Below, piece after piece: positions 39,372 to 50,234 of a stretch of 64,000 bases of DNA. The position numbers and the translations under genes are program-made. The notes under the pieces are model-generated. The model searched no databases. It worked only from the letters and a program-made list of their open reading frames with translations, and was not told the origin of the DNA. Each line of letters starts with the position of its first letter. The first letter of the stretch is position 1. The DNA comes from an uncultured Actinomycetota bacterium (lineage in GTDB: Bacteria; Actinomycetota; Humimicrobiia; Humimicrobiales; Humimicrobiaceae), in contig CAZRML010000036.1 of NCBI GenBank assembly GCA_964601205.1, positions 69,985 to 133,984 of the forward strand, given 5' to 3'.

Positions 39372-40790
39372 CTATCTTACATCAAAAATCTTACCTGGAT
39401 TCATGATACCATTGGGGTCAAAAGCTTTCTTAATTCTTCTCATTAAATCTATTTCCGCCGGGCTGCATACAATCCCCATAAAATCTTTCCTTTTAGAGCC
39501 AATACCATGCTCGCCGCTTAAAGTCCCCCCGAGCTTTTTTGTCGCCTGATACAGCTCTTTTAAAGCTTCTGCCTCAAGAGCATACCATTCTTCCATTGTG
39601 CTTTCTGGATTTTTAACCAGCGTTGCATGCAGGTTTCCATCACCAGCATGGCCGTAACATGGAATTTTTATACCATACTTTTTAGAAATCCCGTCCAGCT
39701 CTAACATTAAGTCAGGAATTACTGATATCGGCACTACTATATCTTCCAGACTCTGATGAGGACTAAAAACCATAAAAGCTTCTGCAATATTACGCCTAAC
39801 ACTCCATATTCTTTCCTGGGTTGTATAGTTGTCTGCCCAGTATACCTCCAGGGCGCCTTCTTTTATGCACATCTCTCCAACTGTTTCAGCATCCTGAGAA
39901 ACTATATCTTCCCTGTTTCCATCAACCTCTATTATTAACATAGCCCCTGCGCTCTTATAGGGAAGCTTTTCATTTAAATACTGGCATGACGCCTGAACAG
40001 AGATCTTGTCCATAAATTCTATTGAGGTAGGAACAATCTTTGCTTTGGTCATAATTATGGGAACCATCTCAATGGCAGATTTAACATCTTTAAATAATAC
40101 AAGTAAGTCAATTTTTGCCGTGGGAAGTGGAATCAATTTTATTATTACCCTGGTAACAATACCTAAAGTACCTTCTGAACCTATTATGAGCTGTTTTATA
40201 TCATAGCCTGTTACATCTTTTAGAAGTTTGCCTCCAAGACTGACTATCTCACCTTCCGGAGTAACCAGTTCCAGCCCCATAATGTAGCGGCCTGTGACCC
40301 CGTACTTGACAGCCCTTCCACCCCCGGCATTCTCAGCCACGTTACCACCAATAAAACAGGTTTCTACGCTCATAGGATAACCGGCATAAAATAAACCTTT
40401 TTCAGAAATAATTTCATTTACTTCATTAGTTATTACCCCCGGCTCCAGTGTCATCATCATATTGTTGTAATCTATTTCTAAGATACGGTTCATCTTTTCA
40501 AAAGATATTACAATCCCGCCAAATACTGGGATAGCACCACCGGAAAGACCACTTCCGGCCCCACGGGGAGTAACCGGTATTAATCTACTGTTTGCCAGTT
40601 TTAGAATACTGGCTATCTCTTCTGCAGAGCCAGGGGTCACTACAACTTCCGGCATATGACCATATTGCTCTGAGGGTGTTTCATCATGTGAGTAAGCTTC
40701 TATCTTTTCCCTGCCGGTTAAAACATTTTTACTGCCGACAATTTCAGCTAATTTATTTAAAATTTCCTCTGTTACCAGATTATATTTCAT
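39372..40790 (-). CDS. FAD-linked 2-hydroxyacid (lactate/glycolate) dehydrogenase, GlcD/LctD-like
   Basis: FAD_binding_4 (PCMH) domain plus FAD-oxidase C-terminal domain. Immediately downstream of etfBA. Confidence 0.8.
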   Translation of the reverse strand: MKYNLVTEEILNKLAEIVGSKNVLTGREKIEAYSHDETPSEQYGHMPEVVVTPGSAEEIASILKLANSRLIPVTPRGAGSGLSGGAIPVFGGIVISFEKMNRILEIDYNNMMMTLEPGVITNEVNEIISEKGLFYAGYPMSVETCFIGGNVAENAGGGRAVKYGVTGRYIMGLELVTPEGEIVSLGGKLLKDVTGYDIKQLIIGSEGTLGIVTRVIIKLIPLPTAKIDLLVLFKDVKSAIEMVPIIMTKAKIVPTSIEFMDKISVQASCQYLNEKLPYKSAGAMLIIEVDGNREDIVSQDAETVGEMCIKEGALEVYWADNYTTQERIWSVRRNIAEAFMVFSPHQSLEDIVVPISVIPDLMLELDGISKKYGIKIPCYGHAGDGNLHATLVKNPESTMEEWYALEAEALKELYQATKKLGGTLSGEHGIGSKRKDFMGIVCSPAEIDLMRRIKKAFDPNGIMNPGKIFDVR

Positions 40791-41791
40791 CTTGACCGGC
40801 CCCTTTTTTTAAGTCTTTCTTTAATCAAAGGTACGACCTCAAAAAGATCTGCTACTATTCCAAAGTCTGATATCTTAAAAATCTGTGCGTCAGGGTCGCT
40901 GTTAATTGCTATAATAGTATCTGATGTCTTTATGCCGGCTAAATGCTGGATAGAGCCCGAAATGCCTATGGCTATATATAATTTTGGAGATACTGTTTTG
41001 CCGCTTAAGCCAACCTGATGGGGATAGGATATCCAGCCCCTATCAACCGCGTCCCTTGATGCGCCTATTGAGCCGCCCAGGTTTTTAGCCAGGTCATAAA
41101 TAAGGCTAAAATTTTCTTTTTTCTTCAGTCCCTTTCCACCGGATACCACAATATCCGCATCCTGAATATTTTCTGCTTCATCTTCAGTTTTTCTAAATTT
41201 TATTCTTTCTACTCTTCCATCAATTAACCCGGGCTTTAGCTTAATTTTAATAATTTTACCTTTTCTACTGCTGTCCAGGGGAGCCGGCCTGGTTGACTTC
41301 ATCCTGACTGTAGCCATCTGTGGCTTGCTTTGAGGAGTTTTAATTGTTGCCAGGATGTTACCTCCAATAGCAGGTCTTGTCTGAAGAAGATTGCCAGTAT
41401 CTTTTTCAATATCAAGCTCGGTACAATCAGCAGTAAGTCCGGTTTCAAGTCTTACGGCAACATGGGGCATTAAAGTTCTGCCACCTGTTGTAGCACCGGC
41501 TATTACAATTTCCGGTTTATATCCTTTAATCAAATCCACCAGGACATTGCTATAGTTTTCTACAATAAAGTAATTTAACCTGGGATCATCTACCAGATAA
41601 ACCTTATCGGCCCCTCTATATATGAGCTCGCTTAATTTATCATCACTTATATCATGGCCCAGAAGCACTGACGCCAGCTCTACTCCTAAACTGTTAGCCA
41701 GCTTCCTACCACGGGTTAAAATCTCATAAGATACTTCCCTTATTTTCCCATCACTCTGTTCGGCTATAGTCCAGACACTGTTAGAACTCAC
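40787..41791 (-). CDS. etfA: electron transfer flavoprotein alpha subunit
   Basis: ETF alpha N-terminal domain and C-terminal FAD-binding domain. Overlaps the downstream dehydrogenase start by 4 nt. Confidence 0.85.
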   Translation of the reverse strand: MSSNSVWTIAEQSDGKIREVSYEILTRGRKLANSLGVELASVLLGHDISDDKLSELIYRGADKVYLVDDPRLNYFIVENYSNVLVDLIKGYKPEIVIAGATTGGRTLMPHVAVRLETGLTADCTELDIEKDTGNLLQTRPAIGGNILATIKTPQSKPQMATVRMKSTRPAPLDSSRKGKIIKIKLKPGLIDGRVERIKFRKTEDEAENIQDADIVVSGGKGLKKKENFSLIYDLAKNLGGSIGASRDAVDRGWISYPHQVGLSGKTVSPKLYIAIGISGSIQHLAGIKTSDTIIAINSDPDAQIFKISDFGIVADLFEVVPLIKERLKKRGRSR

Positions 41792-41804
41792 CTGTCATAT
41801 CTCC

Positions 41805-42602
41805 TTAAATTAATTTTTCTTTTTGAATAAAATCTACCAGTCTGTCAACAGCTTCTGAGAGCTCCTCTTCGTCAGCCGGCCTTAAAACTGTACCGCCTCT
41901 TGCTACCTTAGGATGGCTTATCCTAACTACACGGGTAGGAGAACCTTTTAGTCCTAGCTTTTCCTTATCAAGCTTTAAATCATCTGCTGACCATATCGGT
42001 ATTTCTGTCTTTTTAGCCTTCTTCTTTCCCCTTAGTGTAGGAAGCCTCGGATAACTTATTTCTTTTACCACAGTAAGAAGGCAGGGAAGTGGTAACTTTA
42101 GAGTTTCATATCCATCCTCAACCAGCCGCTCCACTATTATCTTTTTACCGGAAATTTCTACAATTTTACTTACATAAGTTGCAATAGGAATATCAAGTAA
42201 CGAACCTATGCCGGGACCTACCTGCCCGGTATCACCATCAGTGGCGCGCTCTCCGGCTAAAATCAAATCATAATTTCCTATCTTCTGTATCGATTTAGAC
42301 AGGGTAAAAGATGTGGCCCAGGTATCAGAACCTTTAAATTCTTTTCCTGCCAGAAGTATTCCTTCATCACAACCCATGGAGATTGCTTCTTTTAAAGCCT
42401 TTTCCGCACCCGGGGGACCCATTGAAATTACTACTATTTTCCCGCCATATTTTTCCTTTAACTGTATGCCAACTTCAATGGCATACAGGTCAAGGGGGTT
42501 GACTATGCTTTCTACCCCTTCCCTTATCATAGTGCCTGTGGCCTCATCCATTTTTACATTCCCTGTTTCGGGAACCTGTTTTATGAGGATGATAATTTGC
42601 AA
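41805..42602 (-). CDS. etfB: electron transfer flavoprotein beta subunit
   Basis: ETF beta fold. Conserved N-terminal MQIIILIKQVP motif. Confidence 0.85.
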   Translation of the reverse strand: MQIIILIKQVPETGNVKMDEATGTMIREGVESIVNPLDLYAIEVGIQLKEKYGGKIVVISMGPPGAEKALKEAISMGCDEGILLAGKEFKGSDTWATSFTLSKSIQKIGNYDLILAGERATDGDTGQVGPGIGSLLDIPIATYVSKIVEISGKKIIVERLVEDGYETLKLPLPCLLTVVKEISYPRLPTLRGKKKAKKTEIPIWSADDLKLDKEKLGLKGSPTRVVRISHPKVARGGTVLRPADEEELSEAVDRLVDFIQKEKLI

Positions 42603-42788
42603 TTTATTCTCCTATGCTTGTAACAATCATAGATTTAATATTCTTTTCTAGTTTCATACTATATATAACTATTGAATTATTCGTATTTTTAATTCCCACA
42701 ATTATCTTCTATGCTACATTTTCAATAAAGAGCTTTCAGTAATAAAACCTAAACAAAATAATTATCACCTTATAAACTTCATTAAAAA

Positions 42789-44588
42789 CTATCGTTTATT
42801 CTTAATACACTCAATCGCCCTTTTAACCGGCGAATCAGAAAATTTCTCCTCAGATGAACTTTTTTGTATTAATTCAATAGTTTCAAATAGAGCTTCACAT
42901 GCATCCAGGTATTTTAATCCTGTCAAATCTGATATAATTCTGCTTCCCCTATCAATTAGTTTCTTATTAGTTGGATTTACATATACCATAACATTCTTTA
43001 CGATTCTTCCCATTCTTGCCATGGTTGCCGTAGAAATTGTGTTAAATACTAATTTGATTGCTGTATGTAAGAATAAGTCCAGTTGGGATTCCGGGGCATT
43101 ATAAGGAATATTCATTACTATATCTTTATCAATATTTTTCGGTAGAATGTCATTTATAATGATATATCCCTTTCTATTATACTTTTTTATATGATTATCA
43201 AATAATTTCCTATATTGAGAATTTTCTTCTTCATACTTAGAGACTTCCCTTCCAGCAAGAAATATTATTGCCGTAGAAGCAGCATTTTGATATCTACCCG
43301 GGCTGTCTTCATAACCAATTTGAAATTTATATATCTCTGAATTACTAATTTTAGGGGGTGATTCGCATAAATTAGACGAAGCCCCCATTGATTCATATAA
43401 ATCTGAATCCCAGTTTAGCCCACGGGGCTCTCTCATGAGCATATTAAACCATGCAGATTTTGTATCAATTAATGGATTTTTTACAAACGCCCATGATTGC
43501 GGTGATTTAAAATCGTCATTTTTTCTAAAATGGGGAATACTAAAAGTTGGTGCTCTTTCTGTGGTATCCGTAAGTATATCAAGCATAAAGGAATCAGAGA
43601 AATAGGTTATAAAACCTTCACGACCATATACTTCCTCTTCCAATTCCACAACACATGCAAGCTGATTAAGAGATTCCCTGGAAGATATAGTTGAAAGCAA
43701 CCCTTTATATCTTTCTACATAATCATCTTTGCACCATTTTTTAATATTCAAAACAGATAATTCATCAATTGTTAATATTTTGTTAAGAACTTTAGCTATT
43801 GCCATCTCAAGAGCCGTACCTATAACCAGCAATTCAACAGTAATGGCCTGCATTCTTGTAGATCCTGTAATAGCCATAGGTCCTGTCGTGAGGTCAAGTT
43901 TGGTTATTTTTTCCTCTTTTATGACTTCCCTTGACCTCTTAAGATGATTTGAAAGGATACCGGCCGGATTGTTAAAGACAAAAAAGACTTTTGCTCCGGA
44001 TTCAAATGCCTGCCATACAGTACCTATTACTGATGGTGTTTCCCCTCCTTCGGTTATAGCTACAAACACATCCCCCTCTTTAATTTTAGCTTCTTTAACC
44101 TGTTGCCTACCGAATGATTGGAAATCTTCAAAATTTTCCAGGGACCTGATTAAAGCGAAATCTCCACCAGTCATAATGCTATAGGAAGAATCGGATATTA
44201 AAGGAAGTTTTGTTTTTAATGCAGGCAATAATTCTTCTGCTCTACTCCAGAATGTACGCCACATTTTTTCCAAAAGTATCCCGAGCCTGCCTGTAGACCC
44301 GCAACCACTGAAACATATTCTCTTTCCTTCTAGCATAGCAGCATACAAAGAACTAACTAACTCATTAAATTCATCTGTTTCCAATACTTTTTTATAAACA
44401 GGGACTATATCCTCATCTACTCTAAAAAGCATTTTCAATCCGGACTGTGTATTATTCTGGACCGTCTCACTAAAATTCATTGTTTTTGGGTGCTGGGATT
44501 CTGTAATCAATTCACCCAAGTGGAATTCTTTTTCATTTTTTATAAACTCTTCTGCTTTCTTTCTTGAATTTGGTAGGCTCATCACCAC
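42789..44588 (-). CDS. GCKR/MurQ-family double-SIS-domain protein (N-acetylmuramic acid-6-phosphate etherase-like)
   Basis: N-terminal region aligns to the MurQ signature (ESQHPKT...FSGCGSTGRLG). About 600 aa with two SIS domains, as in glucokinase-regulator family proteins. Confidence 0.6.
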   Translation of the reverse strand: MVMSLPNSRKKAEEFIKNEKEFHLGELITESQHPKTMNFSETVQNNTQSGLKMLFRVDEDIVPVYKKVLETDEFNELVSSLYAAMLEGKRICFSGCGSTGRLGILLEKMWRTFWSRAEELLPALKTKLPLISDSSYSIMTGGDFALIRSLENFEDFQSFGRQQVKEAKIKEGDVFVAITEGGETPSVIGTVWQAFESGAKVFFVFNNPAGILSNHLKRSREVIKEEKITKLDLTTGPMAITGSTRMQAITVELLVIGTALEMAIAKVLNKILTIDELSVLNIKKWCKDDYVERYKGLLSTISSRESLNQLACVVELEEEVYGREGFITYFSDSFMLDILTDTTERAPTFSIPHFRKNDDFKSPQSWAFVKNPLIDTKSAWFNMLMREPRGLNWDSDLYESMGASSNLCESPPKISNSEIYKFQIGYEDSPGRYQNAASTAIIFLAGREVSKYEEENSQYRKLFDNHIKKYNRKGYIIINDILPKNIDKDIVMNIPYNAPESQLDLFLHTAIKLVFNTISTATMARMGRIVKNVMVYVNPTNKKLIDRGSRIISDLTGLKYLDACEALFETIELIQKSSSEEKFSDSPVKRAIECIKNKR

Positions 44589-44705
44589 TCCTTTTATTTT
44601 TTCTCTATTATTTACAGTAGATCTTAAAATAATTATTCAACGATTTAGTTTTTCAATAATCGCTCTTTCATATGGAAATATCTATTTTACTTCTTTAACT
44701 CAGGA

Positions 44706-46094
44706 CTAATATAAACTTCCAATGGGTGATTTATATTTTTTCTTTTTGGTTTTTTGTTTGAATTCATCTTTAGCAGCATTAATTATATTTCTATTCCTAA
44801 ATAGTCTTATGCAACTTAAAGCTAATATTTTTGCCGCCAATATCATCCCGGCATGCCCAATATGCATACCACTAGACGCTGTCACCTGCCAGGAATGAGG
44901 GGATACGCCCAGCGGAAAGCAAGCTGTAATAAATTTAGCTGCAGGAACAATCCAGCTAACATCCCCAAGATCAGTTGAACCTGGATAATTAATACCCGCC
45001 CCATAAGGAGGTATCATGGTATCGCAAAGATACCTATTTTCTAAATATTTATAAGATCCATCATCTAAATGGGATATATAAAGAGCTTCTTCTCTCTGTC
45101 CTCTATTAAAATTAGAGGCCATTTCTCTGGCAAAATCTTTATCTTTTTGAGTAAATTTTTCTAATTCTATTTTTTCCATAATATCCCACAACATTTTATT
45201 CAATACATCATTATTTAAAAAATTATAGCATCCAGTTATTAATTTTATTTCTAAACTGGTATCAGTCATCAATGCTGCTCCTCTGGCTATGTTTAAAACT
45301 CTTTCATATATTTCTTCCACAGCTTCCCTCCCTGGAGCCCTAACAAAGTACCATACTTCGGCCAGATCTGGAACGATATTCGGCATTATTCCGCCTTTTG
45401 TTATTACATAATGCAAACTGGCATCTTTTATTATATGTTCCCTTAAATAATTAGAACCAATATCAGTTAACTCTACTGCGTCTAATGCACTTCTTCCATT
45501 GAATGGATCTCCAGCAGCATGTGAAGCTATTCCCTTAAAAATAAGCTTAAATGAATTCATTGCCTGAGTCCCACCCAGGTTTATTGAGTTATAACAATCA
45601 GGATGCCATGTTAGGCATATGTCTACATCATTAAAAAGCCCTTCTTTAACCATTATTATTTTACCTGTAATAGTTTCTTCTGCCGGACAACCATAATACC
45701 TGATTGTTCCGCTAAATCTTCCTTCTTTAATAGCTTCTTTTACAGCAACTGCTGCAAACATTGCACCAGTACCTAAAAGATTGTGCCCACAGCCATGCCC
45801 GGACTCCTTTCCCTTAATGGGCTTTTTAAATGGTTTTTTCTCCTGGCCCAAACCCGGTAGAGCGTCGTACTCGCCCAATAAACCTATCACTGGCTTACCG
45901 TTACCATATTCAGCTATGAAAGCATTCTGACAATCCCTTGATTTTTTTATTTTAAATCCTTTAGTAGATAATACATCCATCTGGAGCCTTGCTGATTTAA
46001 CTTCCTTCTGGGACAATTCTGCATATTGCCATATTTTATTAGAGATTCTGATATATTCTTTTTTATTTTCGTTAATAAATTTAATTACCGACAT
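44706..46094 (-). CDS. M20D-family amidohydrolase (AbgB-like)
   Basis: M20 metal-binding motifs (GHGCGHN, HPDC..E). Dimerization domain. Confidence 0.75.
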   Translation of the reverse strand: MSVIKFINENKKEYIRISNKIWQYAELSQKEVKSARLQMDVLSTKGFKIKKSRDCQNAFIAEYGNGKPVIGLLGEYDALPGLGQEKKPFKKPIKGKESGHGCGHNLLGTGAMFAAVAVKEAIKEGRFSGTIRYYGCPAEETITGKIIMVKEGLFNDVDICLTWHPDCYNSINLGGTQAMNSFKLIFKGIASHAAGDPFNGRSALDAVELTDIGSNYLREHIIKDASLHYVITKGGIMPNIVPDLAEVWYFVRAPGREAVEEIYERVLNIARGAALMTDTSLEIKLITGCYNFLNNDVLNKMLWDIMEKIELEKFTQKDKDFAREMASNFNRGQREEALYISHLDDGSYKYLENRYLCDTMIPPYGAGINYPGSTDLGDVSWIVPAAKFITACFPLGVSPHSWQVTASSGMHIGHAGMILAAKILALSCIRLFRNRNIINAAKDEFKQKTKKKKYKSPIGSLY

Positions 46095-46126
46095 TTTTTA
46101 CTAATTGGATAACCCATATTAAAAAT

Positions 46127-46148
46127 TTAACAATAAAGTTATTGTTGA
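46127..46148. promoter_or_regulatory. near-perfect palindrome TTAACAATAA-AG-TTATTGTTGA upstream of M20 gene
   Basis: Arms match 9/10 (core 8-bp arms perfect) with a 2-bp spacer. Lies 33-54 bp upstream of the amidohydrolase start. Confidence 0.35.
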
Positions 46149-46311
46149 TTTACAAAAAAACAATAGTTATTCTAAGATAATCATTCCACATTAAATTTAT
46201 TCCTCTTCAAAAATTATATTCTGAAAAAATGTTAAAGACCCGAAATTAATTAGAGCAATTTCCGGTATACCTTTTGCAATTTAATTTCCTATATTAACCA
46301 ACAAAAAAATG

Positions 46312-47508
46312 CTATTTCTTTATAAAACTATTATCTTTTATCTTTTTTATCAGTTCAGGAATAATTTCATAAAGGTCACCCACCATGCCTATATCAGCAG
46401 TATCAAAAATTGGTGCAGAAGGATCATTATTTATTGCGACTATAAAATCCGATCTTCCCATTCCAGCAAGATGCTGCGCCGACCCGGATATCCCACATGC
46501 TATATAAATCCTGGGCCTGACCGTTTTTCCACTTAACCCCACCTGATGGGGATAGCTTATCCACCCTTTATCAACCGCTACTCTGCTTGCTCCAACCACT
46601 CCACCCAGTGTTTCAGCCAGCTCATTAATAAGTCTAAACCCTTTCTCATTGCCCAGGCCATTACCCCCTGAACAAATAACTTCAGCTTCAATGATATTTA
46701 GATTCTCCTCTATTTTTTCCATCTTCTTTACTTCAACTCTGTCCCGGATTTTTTCTTTATCAAATTTCATATTTACTACTTCACCTTTATATCCGGGAAT
46801 CTTTTCAGCTGGTTTCATAATTTTATATCTAACCGTAGCCATCTGGGGTCTGTTATTGGTACAGATTATGGTTGCCATAATATTCCCGCCAAAAGCGGGT
46901 CTAGTTTGCAGTAAATTTTTGTCTTTCTTATTAATCTCTAATCCCGTACAATCAGCTGTAAGGCCTGTTTCGATACTTGATGAAATTCTTGGTGCGATTG
47001 ACCTTCCAATAGCTGTCCCTCCTATCAGGAAGATGTTTGGTTTAATTTTATTTACAAAGTCAATTAAAATATTAGAATAAGGATCATCTCTGAAATTTTC
47101 CAGGCATTCGTCGTCATAAACAAATACTTTATCTACTCCATAGCTTATTAAATCTTCTGCCTTTTCTGTTACGCCCTTCCCCAGAAGCACGCAGTATAGC
47201 TTCTCACCAGTTTCTTTTGCCAGTTCTCTACCCTTTCCTATTAACTCATAGACCACAGGGGAAACCATACCATCTTTATACTCTCCAAAAATTAGTACCC
47301 CTTTATATCCGGACAGGTCAGCCTTTTTCTTTTCTTTTAATAGTTCAATAGCACCATAAGGACATTCTGAAACACATGCACCGCATAGCTTGCAATCTTC
47401 AGATATTACTGCCAGGCTGTCAATTATTGATATTGCATTAAAAGGACAGGCCTTAATACAAAGACCACAACCTGTACATTTTTCTTTAATAACCCTTATT
47501 TTTTTCAT
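46312..47508 (-). CDS. ferredoxin-fused electron transfer flavoprotein alpha subunit (2x[4Fe-4S] + EtfA)
   Basis: N-terminal CTGCGLCIKACP and CKLCGACVSECP motifs. Followed by complete ETF alpha domains. Confidence 0.85.
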   Translation of the reverse strand: MKKIRVIKEKCTGCGLCIKACPFNAISIIDSLAVISEDCKLCGACVSECPYGAIELLKEKKKADLSGYKGVLIFGEYKDGMVSPVVYELIGKGRELAKETGEKLYCVLLGKGVTEKAEDLISYGVDKVFVYDDECLENFRDDPYSNILIDFVNKIKPNIFLIGGTAIGRSIAPRISSSIETGLTADCTGLEINKKDKNLLQTRPAFGGNIMATIICTNNRPQMATVRYKIMKPAEKIPGYKGEVVNMKFDKEKIRDRVEVKKMEKIEENLNIIEAEVICSGGNGLGNEKGFRLINELAETLGGVVGASRVAVDKGWISYPHQVGLSGKTVRPRIYIACGISGSAQHLAGMGRSDFIVAINNDPSAPIFDTADIGMVGDLYEIIPELIKKIKDNSFIKK

Positions 47509-47518
47509 TAAGAACTCC

Positions 47519-48313
47519 TCATAAAATCTTCTTTTCTTTTAACTTTTCAATTAAAATTTTAGCCTGATATTCTGGCTTTCCTTTTATTATTTCACCTTTA
47601 CCACGGGCCGGAGGAGGAAATATTTTTACAACTTCTGTGGGAGAGCCTTCTGTACCATATCTCTTTTCTTTACCTCCTAAATCTTTTAAGTTCCATGTTG
47701 ATATTGGAGTTTCTTTTGCCATTTTCTGTCTTTTAAAAGATGGGTACCTTGGTTCATTTGCTTCCTTGGTAACTGTAACTACAACCGGTAATTTAGACTC
47801 CACTATTTCGTAATAATCATCTAAAACTCTCTCCAGAGATATCGATCTTTCTTTTAGATCTATAATTTTTCTAACATAACCTATAAACGGAATACCCAGC
47901 TCTTCAGCCAGGCTGGGACCAACCTGTCCGGTATCACCATCAGTGGTCTTCAAACCACACATTATGATATCATAACTACCTATTTTTTTTATACCAGATG
48001 CCAGGGTATAGGCTGTTGCCCAGGTATCAGCGCCGGCAAATTTTTTATCGGTTAGCAAAATAGCATTATTACAACCCATAGCTATAGCTTCTCTTAAAGC
48101 GGCATCGGCCTGAGGGGGCCCCATGCTGATAACATCTACTTCGCCACCGTATTTCTCTTTTAATCTGATAGCTTCTTCAATTGCATACATATCAAATGGA
48201 TTGACCTCAGACAGAACACCCTCACGGATCAGAGTCCCTTTTTCCTGATCCATCATCACATCTGTTTGTGCAGGTACCTGCTTTATACATACTATTATTT
48301 TTAATTTATCCAA
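47519..48313 (-). CDS. electron transfer flavoprotein beta subunit (second copy)
   Basis: ETF beta fold. Paired with the ferredoxin-fused EtfA. Confidence 0.85.
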   Translation of the reverse strand: MDKLKIIVCIKQVPAQTDVMMDQEKGTLIREGVLSEVNPFDMYAIEEAIRLKEKYGGEVDVISMGPPQADAALREAIAMGCNNAILLTDKKFAGADTWATAYTLASGIKKIGSYDIIMCGLKTTDGDTGQVGPSLAEELGIPFIGYVRKIIDLKERSISLERVLDDYYEIVESKLPVVVTVTKEANEPRYPSFKRQKMAKETPISTWNLKDLGGKEKRYGTEGSPTEVVKIFPPPARGKGEIIKGKPEYQAKILIEKLKEKKIL

Positions 48314-48350
48314 TTAAATCCCCCGTTTACTTTAAAAGTTGATTACTTTT

Positions 48351-49220
48351 TTAACCTTTCACTGCTCCTTCAACAAGACCCCGGATAATTACTTTCTGGA
48401 ACAGTAATGCTAATATTACCACGGGAATACTTGAAATTACCCCCGTAGCTAAAATTTTTGTCACTTCCATATTCTCCATATTACTTAGAACACCGACATA
48501 CACTGTAAATGGTGTAGATTTTGTTTTAGTCAGTATCAGACCTATTAAAAAATTAGACCATGCTATGATAAAAGTGTAAACAGACACAGCTCCGATTCCA
48601 GGCAATGCAACAGGTATAATTATTCTTAATAATGCTTTAAATCTTGTACAACCATCAACCAGGGCAGCTTCTTCTAAAGCATCTGGTATAGTATCATAAA
48701 ATGACTTCATTACCCATATTGAAAAAGGTAAGGTATACGCAGTTAATACAATTACCAGCCCCCATATAGTGTCATAAAGGCTCAGATTTACAAACTGAAG
48801 ATATAACGGGATCAGAATTGCCATCGTTGGAACCATTGATGCAAATAGAAAAAGAAGTAATATCATATTTCTGCCCCTCATCTTGCTCCTGGATAGAGGG
48901 TAAGCCGCAAGGCATGCACTCACAGTTGCAATTATTGTAGTGGGAATAGCTATTTTTAGACTGTTAATAAATGTAGCAACTGCTCTTTTAGATGAAACCA
49001 TTACATATCTGTAATTTTCAAAAAGTTCTGTTATTGTATTCCATTCGTTGGGAAATAAATGAAAGTTTGGATAATGATTTAAATATAACTCATGTTCACT
49101 CATTAAAGAACTAAAAATCATAATTATGACCGGAAACATAATTACAATAACCGAAGAATAAAGTAAAAAATAAAAAAATGCTCTAAGAAGATTCTCTTTT
49201 GTTTTTGGTTTTATAGACAT
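48351..49220 (-). CDS. ABC sugar transporter permease (MalG-like, CUT1)
   Basis: Six TM helices with an EAA loop (LEEAALVDGCTRF). Confidence 0.8.
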   Translation of the reverse strand: MSIKPKTKENLLRAFFYFLLYSSVIVIMFPVIIMIFSSLMSEHELYLNHYPNFHLFPNEWNTITELFENYRYVMVSSKRAVATFINSLKIAIPTTIIATVSACLAAYPLSRSKMRGRNMILLLFLFASMVPTMAILIPLYLQFVNLSLYDTIWGLVIVLTAYTLPFSIWVMKSFYDTIPDALEEAALVDGCTRFKALLRIIIPVALPGIGAVSVYTFIIAWSNFLIGLILTKTKSTPFTVYVGVLSNMENMEVTKILATGVISSIPVVILALLFQKVIIRGLVEGAVKG

Positions 49221-49256
49221 ATAAATATTTTCTAATTATTTTTATTATTAATTATA

Positions 49257-50171
49257 TTAGTACCTTACTTCCCTGTAAGTTATTCTATAGTAGAATACTG
49301 ATATTATAATTATTAACAATGATACAAAAAACGCTATCGCTGCTCCAAGCCCGAACTTCATAAAAGTAAATGAATAAAGATATGAAATATAATTAAGTAC
49401 AGAAGTAAAATTACCCGGCCCACCTCTGGTTAGTATATAAATCAAATCAAATGCCTTAAAAGTTTCTACAGATAGTAAAATAAATACAATTACCATAGAC
49501 GGCCTGACCAGTGGTAAGGTAATTGAAAAAAACCTTCCTACAGGAGACATTCCATCTACACCTGCTGCCTCATATAATTCTTTTGGAATAGTTTTTAGTG
49601 ATGCTGAAAGTAGGAACACGGTAATTGGCAAAATTTTATATACAGTCGTTAACACAATCATAATAAAAGCAGGCCATTGTTCAGATTGCCATTCTCTAAA
49701 ATTATTTAGTAATCCCATAGCTATCAATATATTATTAAAAGTACCAAGCCTGGGGCTAAATATCCATTTCCACATAAGCCCTACTACAACAGGAGGAAGT
49801 GCCCATGGTATTAAAAGAAGAGCCATTATTAAGTTGGAACCTCTTAAATCCATATTTAATAATACAGCCAGGAAAAGACCAAAAACTATTGCCAGGGCAG
49901 TAACAACCAGTGCAAAAAGTACTGTTATCCAGACTGAGTGGGCTATGTCAGGTATTTTAAATATGTTTATATAATTTTCAATTCCAATAAACTTCGGTGT
50001 CTTACCCAGTCTCCAATCAAACAAACTCATAACAAATGAATAGATAACAGGGAACACCATAACAAATAATATAAATACTATAGCGGGCAACATCATATTT
50101 AAATTAAAACTGTTTCTTCTTAAGGATAGCGGAATCTCTTTTTTTCTATTATTTAAATACATATTTACCAT
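49257..50171 (-). CDS. ABC sugar transporter permease (MalF-like, CUT1)
   Basis: Six TM helices. EAA-like loop (YEAAGVDGMSPV). Confidence 0.8.
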   Translation of the reverse strand: MVNMYLNNRKKEIPLSLRRNSFNLNMMLPAIVFILFVMVFPVIYSFVMSLFDWRLGKTPKFIGIENYINIFKIPDIAHSVWITVLFALVVTALAIVFGLFLAVLLNMDLRGSNLIMALLLIPWALPPVVVGLMWKWIFSPRLGTFNNILIAMGLLNNFREWQSEQWPAFIMIVLTTVYKILPITVFLLSASLKTIPKELYEAAGVDGMSPVGRFFSITLPLVRPSMVIVFILLSVETFKAFDLIYILTRGGPGNFTSVLNYISYLYSFTFMKFGLGAAIAFFVSLLIIIISVFYYRITYREVRY

Positions 50172-50234
50172 ATAATACTATCTAATAACAAAAAAGGAAG
50201 GCAGGTGAAAAATCACCTGCCTTTTAACCATTTA

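Noticed and set aside
46649-47080. 143-aa plus-strand ORF opposite Fd-EtfA
   Set aside because: Antisense to the EtfA domains. No start context.
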